A DNA stretch of 64,000 nucleotides from Basidiobolus meristosporus CBS 931.73 (lineage: Eukaryota > Fungi > Basidiobolomycota). Positions 13,401-24,960 of the stretch are shown here, piece after piece. The stretch covers positions 1 to 64,000 of the forward strand of contig MCFE01000497.1 in assembly GCA_002104905.1 (NCBI GenBank). The letters run 5' to 3'. The notes beneath the pieces are model-generated. The model searched no databases, had not been told where the DNA came from, and saw nothing but the letters and a program-made list of their open reading frames with translations. Position 1 is the first letter of the stretch. Every line of letters starts with the position of its first letter. A program made the position numbers and the translations under genes.

Positions 13401-15148
13401 GTTTCTCATATATGCAGGCTTGACAGTGCTCCAAATTAGCTGGGGGATCAATTTTCACTCCAGAAATTAGCTGATCTTTGATCATTTTACGCAAATAATC
13501 AAAATTGATGTGTCCAAATCTCCTGTGCCAAAGCATTGGTGTTTCTTCATTTAAGTTACTTATATTGGCTTCCAGATATGATGGAATATAAGTCAACTTG
13601 TATAGATTCTGATCTCTGATGCCCAAAGCAATATGGGCACCATTTTGATCAGTGATCCTGCATCCAGAATTGTCAAAACTGAAACTGAGTCCTTCTGCTG
13701 TGGCCTTGCTTACAGAGAGTAGGTTCTTGGCTATTTCTGGTACATAGGGTACTTCTTTAAAGGTCAGTGTATGGCTTCCTTCACTGCTTCTAAGGTTTAC
13801 TTGGATAGTCCCTTCTCCCACTGCATCAAGTGTTCTATCGTCACCCATGAAAACCTTCTTAATTGGAATTTCTTGATATTGGGTAAAAAGTTCTTTTTGG
13901 TGTGTAAAGTGTTGAGAAGCTCCAGAGTCAATATACCACGTCTGAGAATCCTTGTTTGTGGTCATATTTAGTGCAGATATGAAAAGTCTATCTTCAGTTG
14001 TTGCAGCATTTCCATATTCAGGCTTCTTTTGCTGATAAACTCTCTTTTTGAAACACCGGTCTGATGTGTGTCCTTTCCTTTTGCAGTAGTTGCAAAATAG
14101 GTTGCTGTTGCCTTTGTAGGGTCTTGGGTACCTCCTTTGTTGGTTATCATTGCTTATTAAAGCATTTCTTCTTCCTTCTTATTGGCGCTTGATTTTCTTA
14201 ATTCTTCATCCAGGAGCCTTCCATATACATAAGTTAAGGTCAAATCTTCAGTTCTGGACTCTAGGGCTGATACAAGGCCCTGAAACCTGTCTGTCAGGCT
14301 ATTCAGGATGGTAACTATCACATCCTCATCAGTAGTTGGTACGCCCACAGATTCCATCTCATCTACCAGCAGGGTAATTCTGTTAATTAGATTTTTCATT
14401 TCTTCTCCTGGCAGCATCTTTGTAGTAAAGAATTTTCTTCTCAGATACATTTTCTTGGCAGCTGAACATGACTGGAAGGTGTCTTTTAATGCCTTCCAGG
14501 CATTCTTTGCCGTTTTTGCTCTTGAGCATTGAATTAGCAATTTGTCTTTGACATTAAGGCAAATGCAGTTAAAGGCACTTTGTTCTTTCTTCTGGTACTT
14601 TAAGGCTTCCTCTCCCACGTTTTTAGGAGGGCATTCTTCTCCCATGACAATATCCCAAAGGCCTCTTTCTTGTAGCAGCATCTTCATCTTCACCTTCCAC
14701 ACTTGGTAGTTAGATCCATCCAACTTTTCAGCAGAGGGAAAAATTCCAGTAATAGCAGTAGTAGACATTGCAGAGAGTGACAGCTTGGGGCTCATAACCG
14801 GTTGTAAGAGTCTTGGAGATATTGGAAGTGATTTGGAGAACAAGTAGATTATGTGGTTTTCACTTAATGATTTATTGAATGTAAAAGTAGTATTTATACT
14901 TTTACCTGGTCTTGGCATTACAAACACATAGAATAGGCTAAGGAAGGTCCCAAGAACATGTGTGCAAAGTTTGGGGCTGTTTGGACAACTTTGAGAATTT
15001 TCATATTCTGGGTACCTGGCATTTTGGTGAAAATATTCTAAGTAAATCCCGACAAGGAATTTAGTCAGTATTCTCTAGGATTTGAAGGTGATGATCTAAG
15101 TGACTAAGTTAGGTGAATATTTAGGTGGAAATACAAATTTTTACAACA
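10465..15148 (-). mobile_element. Full-length, recently inserted Ty1/Copia retrotransposon
   Basis: LTRs 14800-15148 and 10465-10813 are both 349 bp with about 2 visible differences. PBS GGTTATGAGCCC at 14799-14788, PPT GAGTGGGAG next to the 3' LTR, TSD caaag (15149-15153) versus caagg (10460-10464). Inserted in the copy A transposase. Confidence 0.95.
10825..14790 (-). pseudogene. Copia gag-pol (gag, CCHC knuckle, PR, IN, RT, RNase H) with one 1-nt deletion (~14170) and one premature TAG (13051)
   Basis: ORFs 14157-14927, 13051-13965 and 10825-13008 join into one frame: CNYCKRKGHTSDRC, WYIDSGAS, HSDLCGP/FIDDY/SDNGGEY, YKARLVAKGY, LYVDDL, YSDADW, TKHIDIRHHF. Sibling copies have the extra A (gaagaaaatgct) and CAG at these sites. 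Confidence 0.93.
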
Positions 15149-17199
15149 CAAAGTAGCCCTTGCTTCTTAGCTGTTTGTAATGTTTGCCATTAAAAATATT
15201 GGATATGTTTGCGCTTGATTGATATCAAGTGCAGTACTGTATAGCTTTGCCATATTTGTTGGACTGCATCAGCTTCCTCAGATGGGTTATGACTGGAATA
15301 TATCTGGAGTGTGAACAATGTTTTCCCTGGATGGTGGTGGATTCCTAACAATTTGGACACATTGCAATGGTAGCATTTTTGGATGTGAATGCCATGCAAC
15401 TGTTAACACATGCTGGAATCAGGACAGTCTCTGGATCACATGTTGCCAGCTGCATGACAGTTGTCCACTTGTACCATGTACATGGTAGGTTGCATCCTGC
15501 TATGATTCTGGCAAGAAGTAGTAATAAATCCTCAAAGCCCCCATCACTAATATTAGTGGGAACACACCACTTCTCTAGCCACAACATTACATCATTCACC
15601 AGTAGATGGATTACTGGGCTCACCTGGCTCCATAAAGTATCCTTGGCATTTGTTTCAACAGATGTTGTCTCATTGCATATAAGGATTTGACTGGGCTCAT
15701 ACATGGTACTGTTGTTAGGGGAAATAGGCTAAAAATCCATCTGTGAACCTTCTTTGTCAAAGCTATCACTCTACATGCCATATTCAGAAGGCTGAGGTGA
15801 GCCTAAAGGCATCACAAACGCACCTGACTCAGTTTGTGCAAGGTGACAAAGACAGCCAGGTGCCAATATAGAATTATTAACTGGTTGGTAAGAAAATGAT
15901 GGTACAGTAGTAACCAATGAATGGCCAAATATGACTTGTTTGGCACAACACTGGCCATGATCCTTGTAATACTTCCTATGCTCTCTGCATGCTTCATGGC
16001 TGAACAGCTTGCTACAATAGCCACATGGTCTTTTTTCACTTCTCTTATGGTGTTGAGTCAAAGTAGTCTTGTCCATGGGGTAAACAGCTTGACCTTCATC
16101 AACATAATGCTATTATATCACTTTTTGGTAAATACTCATGTGAATTTAAGCCAGTCTTGTATTTGAAACATTGCACCTACATGAATGTAAGATTCAATGG
16201 TGACCTGTCATAGTAAGCATTATAAATGAGGTTGTGGCACCACATAAACACATGTATGTAACACTATTTCCCCTTTGGTTTGACTCACTTCCATATATAT
16301 GCCGCCAAAAAATAAGGAAAGTTGTTTGGTTCCCAACCAAACCCTGCTGCTGACAGCAACAGAAGAATGGTGGACAACAGCTTGCTTTGACATTCAGTGC
16401 AACAAGCAGGGCTACATTCAAAATAAGCCCTGTGGATAGTGTGCTCATTGAAGGTAATAATGCAGACAGCTCAGACTCTCAGTCAAGTAGGCAATTGAGA
16501 ACCTCTGCAGTGCCACAAGCTGTCCGTTATGCTCAGGCAGATGAGAATGTAGCAAACTCAGTACCCTCAGTTGAGGACCATCAAGTTGCTGTTATAACAT
16601 CACCACCACCCATATTAGGAAGTATGTTGTCAGCTCATACCAAAGCACTAATGAAGCAATTAGGTGCAGTGGCAGGTAGGATAGATGCAATGGCCCAGAG
16701 AAATCAGGAAATAACCCAGAAACAGGATGAGCGGATAATACGTCTAGAGCAATCAATATCCCAGGTAGAGAAAGCAGTATCTTTGCTGCAAAGATGGAAC
16801 TCAAGTAGCTCAATGTCACAGCCTAGAATTGAGCCATTTCCCAATAAAACAGTAGAGGAACATCATACAGTCATTGAAGCACAACAACAGTGCCCAAAGA
16901 TAAAGCCCATAGAAAAACCTATCACAGCATTGGAGGGAGACAATGTGGTATCTATACCTGTCAGGACACTGTCCAGAGACCATTTAAAAATAATTACAAC
17001 TCAGATTTCACAAAATACTTAGTCAAAATTTTTCATCACAACAATGTATAAGTGGCTTTAGATTGGTTCCCTGCCAATTTGCTTGCTTTCTGATCCCGGG
17101 CACTCTATTGCCTCTTACGTTTGTGTGAATTGATTGGCTATTGCCTCTTTTTCACACTCCTTACTTCCTGAGTCAACCATTTCACTTACTTTTCATGCT

Positions 17200-19287
17200 T
17201 ACAAATTGATTTATTTCCGCTGAAACTTCAGTTGTACCTCAATTGCCAATTGTATTGACCTATACAAGTCTCTTTACCCTACACTAACATTAAGCCCAAC
17301 CCCACACTCAACAAGTAACTCCATTAAAAACCACCACTCAATAAGTATTTCTGCTGTAACGCTCTGGTTCCACAACCTTGGCAGGAACCCAATGGCTTTA
17401 TGCCACTGTTCATTCACTGGTTCCCACATGCCCCAGTCTTCAGCTGGCACTGCAAGGTCTAGCTCCTCATCTGCCAGTCTTTGCAATAAATCCTTGCTAT
17501 ATTCCAGTGCATTTTCTTGAGCACTGCTCTTGAACAAGTGCTACAACCTCTTGGTGTGCCTATTAATGTTCAAAAACTCCACTGAAGGCATTGTGATAGT
17601 CTTTTGAGCTCTTGACATTGTAGCCTTGTCTGTCAGTGGGATCTACACTCTGTCAACAATGGAGGCTGCGGAGGTTGTGGAGGCTGTGGTAGACAAATTG
17701 CCTTTTTCAGCAAACTCATCTACCTTGCTGGAGTGTAGCTCAACTGGCTGTGCTTCCAACTCTTGTGAAAACAGCTGTTTTCTTGTTTGTAATTCTTCTT
17801 GGCTATGATGGGATTTGGTCTGTTCCTGGCTTGTGGCATTAATTGGCAAGAACTGCAGTTTTTTTGCATGCCTCCCTGTCTCAGGCTTGGGTAGACATTT
17901 TTCTCTTTACCTTTTCCTTTATCACTGCCAGGTCTTTCACTGCTACTTTGTCTGAGTGCTTCTTGTAAAGAACTGCGTTTTCTCCTGGATAAATTCTGCT
18001 CTGACACATCTGTTTTGGCCTGCTTGTCCCTTGCTGGCACTCTTCTGGCAACCTGACGTTTCTTTTCAGCTTGTTTTGAGCCCTTGACCGTAGTTGTGAC
18101 AGGCTCCTGTAAAAGCAGCTGGTTTTTATCACCAGCAGGTCCTTCACTGCTACTTTGACTGGGTGCTTCTTGAGTGGTACTACGCTTTTTCCTTGATAAA
18201 TGTTGTGCTTGTGCATCCATGTCTGCCTGCTTGTCCCTAATTGGCAATCTTCCAGCTGCCTGACATCTCTTTGATGCTTATCTAGAGCTTTTGGCCCTGC
18301 TTGTAATGGGCTCTTGAGGAAGCTGCTGGTTTTAGCTATGGCACCCTTGTTCTTCTGCCTTTGATAGTTTCTGCTATTTTCAAGAAACTTTCTTAGCATA
18401 CCAATGCTGGCCCAAAATCTGTTTGCCCGTTTGAATCCAGGGTAATGCTCCTGGAACAAGTCAAGTGCATTCTGCTTAGCCTTGAGTTCCTGATGGTCCC
18501 ATGGTATGCTGGCCTTAAGGTGATGGCATGCTAGACTTCTGATGGCCTCTTGTATATTAACCCACTCTATATTATTGCACTCAATGGCTTCATGGATCTT
18601 CAATGTCTATTGACTTTTAGGCTTTGGCATAAACACCACATTGTCTCCCTGCCATGCTGTGATAGATTTTTCTGTGAGCTTTATCTTTGGGTACTGTTGT
18701 TGTGCTTCAAAGACTGTACGGTGTTCCTCTGCTGTTACATCAGGAAATGGCTCAGTTCTTGACTGTGACATTGAGCTACTTGAGTTCCTTCTTTGCAGCA
18801 AAGATACTGCTTTCTCTACCTGGGATATTGATTGCTCTACACATATTATCCGCTCATCCTGTTTCTGGACTACTTCCTAATATCTCTGGGCCATTGCATC
18901 TATCCTATCAGCCACTGCACCTAATTGCTTCATTAATGCTTTGGTATGAGCTGACAACATACATGCTAATATGGGTGGTGGTGATGTTATCATGGCCACT
19001 TGCTGATCTTCAACAGAGGGTACTGCGTTTGCTACATTCTCATCTGCCTGAGCATAACGGTCAGCTTGTGGCTCTGCAGAGGTTCTCAATTGCCTACTTG
19101 ACTGAGAGCCTGAGTAGTCCGCATTATTACCTTCAATGGGCACACTGTCCACCGGGCCTTTTTTGGATGTAGCCCCACTTGTTGCACTGAGTGTCAAAGC
19201 AAGCTGTTGTCCAACCATTCTTCTGTTGCCATCAGTGGTGGGGTTGGGTTGAGAACCAGATGACTTTGCTTTATTTTTTGGCGGCAT
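17200..19287 (-). pseudogene. CMC accessory (TnpA-position) gene of unknown fold
   Basis: Starts MPPKNKAKSSG at 19287. Contains a coiled coil (QKQDERIIRVEQSISQVEKAVSLLQ), a helical block WVNIQEAIRSLACHHL..PWDHQELKAK..YPGFKRANRFWASIGML, a duplicated basic repeat and a C-terminal block ALEYSKDLLQRLADEELDL..W..VNEQWHKAIG. Recurs in all copies. Confidence 0.7.
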
Positions 19288-19509
19288 ATATATGGAAGTG
19301 AGTCAAACCAAAGGGGAAATAGTGTTACATATACATGTGTATGTGGTGCCACAGCTTTATTTATAATGCTTACTATGGCAGGTCATCATTAAATCTAACA
19401 TTCATGCAGGTGCAATGTCTCAAATACAAGACTGGCTTAAATTCACATGAGTATTTACCAAAAAGTGATATAATAGCATTATGTTGTTGAAGGTCAAACT
19501 GTTTGCCCC

Positions 19510-22340
19510 ATGGACAAGACTACTTTGACTCAATGCTATAAGAGAAGAGAAAAAGACCATATGGCTATTGTGGCAAGCCTCTCAGCCACAAAGCATGCAG
19601 ACAGTATAGGAAGTATTCCAAGAATCATGGCCAGTGTTTTGCCACCCAAGTCATATTTGACCATTCATTGGTCACTACTGTACCAATATTATCTTGCCAG
19701 CCAGTTGATACTTCTATATCAGCACCTGGCCATCTTTTTCACCTTGCGCAAACTGAGTCAGGTGAGTTTTTGATGCCTTTAGGCTCACCTCAGCCTTCTG
19801 AATATGGCATGTAGAGTGATAGCTTTGACAAAGAAGGTTCACAGATGGATTTTTAGCCTCTTTCCCCTAACAACAGTACCACATCTGAGCCTGGTCAAAT
19901 CCCTATATGCAATGAGACAACACCTGTTGAAACAAATGCCAAGGATACTTTATGGGGCCAAGTGAGCCCAGTAATCCATCTACTGGTGAATGATGTGATG
20001 TTGTGGCTAGAGAAGTGGCGCATTTCCACTAATATCAGTAATGGGGGCTTTGAGGATTTATTACTACTTCCTGCCAAAATCATACCAGGATGCAACTTAC
20101 CAGGTACATGGTACAAGTGAACAACCGTCATGCGGCTGGCAGCATATGATCCAGACACTGTCCTGATTCCAGCATGTGTTAACAGTTGCAAGGCATTCAC
20201 ATCCAAAAATGCTACCATTGCAATGTGTCCAAATTGTCAGGAATCCACCACCATTGAGGGAAAACATTGTTCAAACTCCGGATATATTCCAGTCATACCC
20301 CATCTGAGGAAGCTGATGCAGTCCAACAAATATTGCAAAGCTATACAGTACTGCACTCAGTATCAATCAAGCGCAAACATATCTGATATATTTGATGGCA
20401 AACATTACAAGCAGCTAAGAAGCAAGGGCTACTTTGAAGGTATGTATGACCATGCCTTTACTTTAGCACTTAATGGACTCTCATTAAACAAGAACTCTAC
20501 CAGCAAATCCTGCTGGCCACTGATTCTCATCAATCTGAATCTGCTGCCCATCTTACAGTATCAGAGCAATATCTGATGGTAGTCTCACTGGTATCTGGGC
20601 ATAAATCACCATCCAACCTGGATAGCTACCTGTATCCATTGCTGAATGAATTTTGTATGCTTTCCAGTGGGATAACAGTTTATGGCCATCATGTAAAAGC
20701 GCATATTATTATCTGCATTGGAGATACCCCAGCCATCAGCAAGATAGCAGGTTTTTCCAGGCACAATGGATGGTATTGTTGTTGAATGTGTGAGATCCAG
20801 GGGATTTACTCCATAACTCACACACATTATTATTACCCAAACACCAGCACTTAGAACATCATCTTTCCACAGAGAGAACATACAGAAGTCAGCATGCAAT
20901 TGCAGCAAAGTTGGGAAGCTATAAGTCATTGGCCAGAATATGGAATCAATTGGAAACCAGAGATACTAAAGATAGAGGGTATCTGTTGGAGCAAAAGCAT
21001 TCCACTGGGAGCAATGCATTTGCTTTTTAACAATATCCCTATACTGATGACCAAGTTGTACATGGGGCATTTCAAGCTAAATGAGCACTTCAAGATACCG
21101 GAGAAATTTGAAAATATTGGCAAGATACTACAGTTTATCTGCTACCCTAAGTACTTCTCACAGGCTCCAGTTTATAGTCATATGCATATGCAACAATACA
21201 AATGCAAAGACTGGATGAACTGGATATGTATTTGTTCAAGTGGTGTTCTGAAGCCATTCCTCCCAATAGTACATTGGAAGCATTGGGAGTCATATGTGGA
21301 CATTGTAGGAATATTCATCCAGAAGCAGATCACCAATGCCAACTTGACACATCTACAGCTGTTGTATGAGGAGTTTGTGACAAGATTTGAGTGGCTATAC
21401 TACAAACATAAAGTTGAACGTGTAGATCTCTGCCGCTACTGTATCCACTCTCTACTGCATCTTGCACGGTGTGTGGAGAATATTGGGCCTTGCTTCACCT
21501 TTTGGGAGTTTCCTATGGAGCGGATGTGTGGGGAGATAGGAAGACAAGTCAAGTTGGAGGTACTACCACATCCCAATCTCATCAAGAATATTACCTTCAA
21601 GTCTGTCATGGATGTGATGAGTTGGCACATGGAGGACAGCCAGAAAGAGTTGGAAACTACTGAGGACAAATGTGCACATGGAGACACCTATGCCAATGGC
21701 ATTAAGAAGCTAAGCAGCCCCAATGTGTGGGTAATCAGCTAAGTAATGCAAAGTTGGGTTGGGTGCAACAAGCAACTAATTTTTATCAGGAAAACTCCAC
21801 CAAGATATGCCGGATTTCACGTGGTTACAAGCCAACTTCTACACCATTCAATACAGAATTCACACAAACAAAAGCCAGAGTGCACCTATAAGGGGTACTA
21901 GAATCCAGCAGGGAGAAGGAATACATTGGCTAAATACCAAGAAGTTCTTTGCCAATATTCAGGAGGTATTCATGGCAGAAGTGGCAACAACCAAGCATAT
22001 GTTTGCAAGATGTATATGCTACCAGCAGTACATGGTATATGGCAACTTTGCAAGTATCAAACTAAAAAGCCATAAAGTTGAGGTGATGGAAGTATGTCAA
22101 TTGCGGCAGGTGTGCATGTTTGTAGAGGTTAGTAAGCAGGAGGCCATAGTTTTTTTTGATTCAAACTATATGTGGAATACCCAAGGTAGTAGTGGGTAAG
22201 CAAATAAAGAAAGGTGATTCTACAGTGGAATATATGAATTGCACAAGGGGAGGTAGAAAAGGGATATACCATTTGGTAATTTGGTATGGTAGCATTATAC
22301 AAAACCAGCAGCAGGCCATCATACTGCCAAAGAAAGGCCA
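19510..22340 (+). pseudogene. CMC/EnSpm transposase (Transposase_21/DUF4218-like) with N-terminal Cys/His motif and probable intron
   Basis: Frames 19510-19773, 20130-20576, 20576-20785, 20894-21742 and 21807 onward carry CVNSC..CPNC..YIPVIPHL, DIFDG, ALNG, IGDTPAISK, LGAMHLL, HSLLHL, WEFPMERMCG. Several stops and frameshifts. Confidence 0.85.
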
Positions 22341-22676
22341 TCAGAGTCTTGCTGTGAGGCCATCAAAACACTGTCAAGTTTCTAGCCATATAAGGCAATT
22401 GAAGTCCTGGCCAACTGGATCCACTTAAAATAGTAATAGAGTGCTGAAAGACCGCAACAATAACATGCAAATATTGTCACAGCACCAATCAAAAATTGTC
22501 AAGTTTTATCCCTTTATTTGGCTGTAAGATTTGCAAAACACCGTCATGATCTCATTATAAGATTGTCAGGAGGGTCACTAATTCCAAGCTGCTGTTATTA
22601 TGACAGGCTCTGAATGGGATCTTGACGGATGATCCAGATTGGATCCACCCGTGGGACCAAGTTATTTTTCATAGTG

Positions 22677-24960
22677 TATGGTCTTGGCAGTGCAAACATC
22701 TAGAGTATGCTCAGAAAGGCCCCTTGCACAAATTTTTAAAGCATTGGGCTGCATGGGCAACTTTCAGATATCTCAGGCTTTGGGTTCCTGATAACCTTGT
22801 GAAAGAATTCTGAGCAAATTCCAACAAGGAGCATTTTTTGCTGTTTTTGCTCTTGCACAGTGAATTAGCAGTTTGTCCTGAACATTAAGGCATATGCAGC
22901 TAAAGGCACTTTGTTCTTTCTTCTTGTATTTTAAGGCTTCCTCATCCATGCTTTTGAGAGGGCATGCTTCTGCCATAACAATATCCCAAATGCCTCTTTC
23001 CTGTAGCAGCATCTTCATCTTCACCTTTGACACTTTAAAGATGGATCCATCCAACTTTTCAGCAGTTGGAAAAGTTCTGGTAATAGCAGTAGTAAGTATT
23101 GAAGACAGTGACAGCTGGAAGCTCACAACCTGTTGTAAGAGTCTTGGAGATATTGGAAGTGATTGGGAGAAGAAGTAGATTAAGTGGTTTTCACTTGATG
23201 ATTTATACAATTTAATAGTAGCATTAATACTTTAACATGGTCTTGGCATTGCAAACACATACAATAGCCTCAGGATGCTCCCAAGAGCATGAGTGCAAAA
23301 TTTGGGGCCCACTGGACAACTTATCAAATTTTCGTGTTCTGAGAACCTATTGTTTTGGTTAAAATTTGCTAAATAAATCCCAACATGAAATTTGATCAGT
23401 ATTCTGTAAGGTTTGTAGGTGATGATCTAAGCTACTATGTTAGGTGAATATTTAGATGTAGCTGCAACAGCTACTGCACTTCCATGCAACCAAATGCTCA
23501 TATTAAGTCACCCTAATTGTGGTCTGAGATATTCAGGTTTGCCTCCAGCTAGTGGTTTTTAAATAGGTCTGTAATCATTCTTCAGTTGGACAGTAGGATA
23601 AGCTGACCAAGTTATTGTTCATAGCTTTACAAATGAAATAATTTCTAGTAACTATATTCTTAGTTCAATTATGAGAAGTTGGATTACTATCTATCTGTTT
23701 ACATCCTGGATTATCCTGATATAGTGTAGTAGGAGCTTTTTGACAATGATGCATGTCTTTGAAAAGCTTTCTTAGCTTTATTGCTTCTTTTGTAGCCTCA
23801 CAAGCTGCCATGTACTCTGTCTCTGTGGTTAAAAAGTGCTATAGCTGGTTGCTTTCTTGAGTTCCATGATATACACCTTTACAGTAAGCAATGGTGCATC
23901 CTGAAGTGGATCTTCTGTCAGCTAAATCTTGTCTGCAATTAGCATCAGAATATCCCACTAGATCCTATACCAAATACTTATAGGTGTACCTTTGTTACAA
24001 GTCTTGGTATAAGAGTTGCAGAGGAATAGGAAGTTTAGCTAGAATTGTACTCACTAAAACTTGTACTGATCTTTATTGAGATTCCAGCAGCTCCTTATAT
24101 ACATTTTGCCAGATCAATTGCTGACTAATTGTATTTCCTAATCTAGGCTGTGGCTGATGACTCATTTGATTGCATCATCATTACCCAATAAGATCCTACT
24201 TAGTATATCTATTTCTGTCTGATAAGGATCTGCCAATTCATTTCCTGAATAATGCTACTGATTTGATAGATAATACTGATATACTGATAAGCTAAACATA
24301 TAACTAATTGATTTGAATAAAAACTGATCTAACTTAAACATTCAAGCAGCAGATCATAATGCCTTAAGCAGATATTAGCAGTTCCTTTTGAGTGTCCAAA
24401 AATCTGTTCAACCACTGCAATATGTTCAGATCCATAGCTGTGATTATACTGGCTGAAAATTCCCATTGAATACAAGATATGAGAACATGTTCCTTACATG
24501 ATATACATCAGACTGCCAATTATGAATTGGTAAAGAAAGTCTGGGCTTCCAGATGGCACCAAGAGCTCTTGACTTCATCAAGTTTTGACCTAGTCAAGGC
24601 ATGTCCCCTTCAGGATGTTGCACTATTCTGAGGAGTGTTGGAAGTGATGCTTAGAACCAGATGATTTGCATGCTACTCTCTTGTATATTTATTGCTCAAA
24701 AGTATATTGATATACTTTTGACAAAGTAAGAAAACAAACATGCAGGGTTTGCTAAGGAAGGCTCCATAAATATGTGTGTAAAGTCTGGGGTCTCTTGGAC
24801 AACTTTGACAAAGGTCATAATCTGAGCACCAGATAATTTGGTGATTATATTCCAAGTAAATATCAACATGAAATCTGGTCAGGACAGAATGATAATCACA
24901 CAATTGGATATATGGGACTAAGCTAGCATGAATTTCTTGCGGACTTCTTCATAATTAAAG
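22677..24960 (-). mobile_element. Decayed Copia remnants (LTR pieces, gag 22800-23130, LTR ~23131-23470, RNase H fragments, LTR variant ~24615-24960)
   Basis: gag frame 22773-23210 (AEKLDGS..KVKMKMLLQERG) next to PBS-like ctcacaacc. Region 23480-24600 matches the RT/RH of the intact copy. Confidence 0.8.
23993..24361 (-). mobile_element. Ty3/Gypsy solo LTR (same family as 52353-57290)
   Basis: Colinear with the 368-bp LTR. Flanked by 4-bp TSD cctt (23989-23992 and 24362-24365) inside Copia RNase H sequence. Confidence 0.9.

Larger units (their letters stand above)
8216..16955 (-). mobile_element. CMC/EnSpm (CACTA-like) DNA transposon copy A, interrupted by a Copia insertion; left arm truncated
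   Basis: Degenerate right terminus at ~8216. Transposase fragments on minus (16076 to 8994) show Transposase_21-type motifs (CVNSCMAFT..CPNC, ALDGF, CIGDTPAISK, LGAMHLL, HLLLHL, FWEFPMERMCG). Second gene starts on plus at ~16303. Confidence 0.85.
16955..22676 (+). mobile_element. CMC/EnSpm transposon copy B, nearly complete (~5.7 kb): left arm, accessory gene on minus, transposase on plus, right TIR
   Basis: Right end gttatttttcatagtg at 22661-22676 (CACTATGAAAAATAAC in reverse). Internal layout is colinear with the other copies. About 70 bp of the left end are missing. Confidence 0.88.

Noticed and set aside
14157-14180. Programmed gag-pol frameshift in the Copia element
   Set aside because: Two sibling copies (~5940, ~59215) have the extra A and read through, so this is a private deletion or sequencing error.
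14790-14927. LTR-encoded N-terminal Gag extension MFVMPRPGKSINTT...
   Set aside because: The ATG lies upstream of the TATA-like AAGTATAAATA in the LTR, so it is probably not on the transcript, and the frame is broken in the 58.5-kb copy; recurrence reflects LTR copy number.
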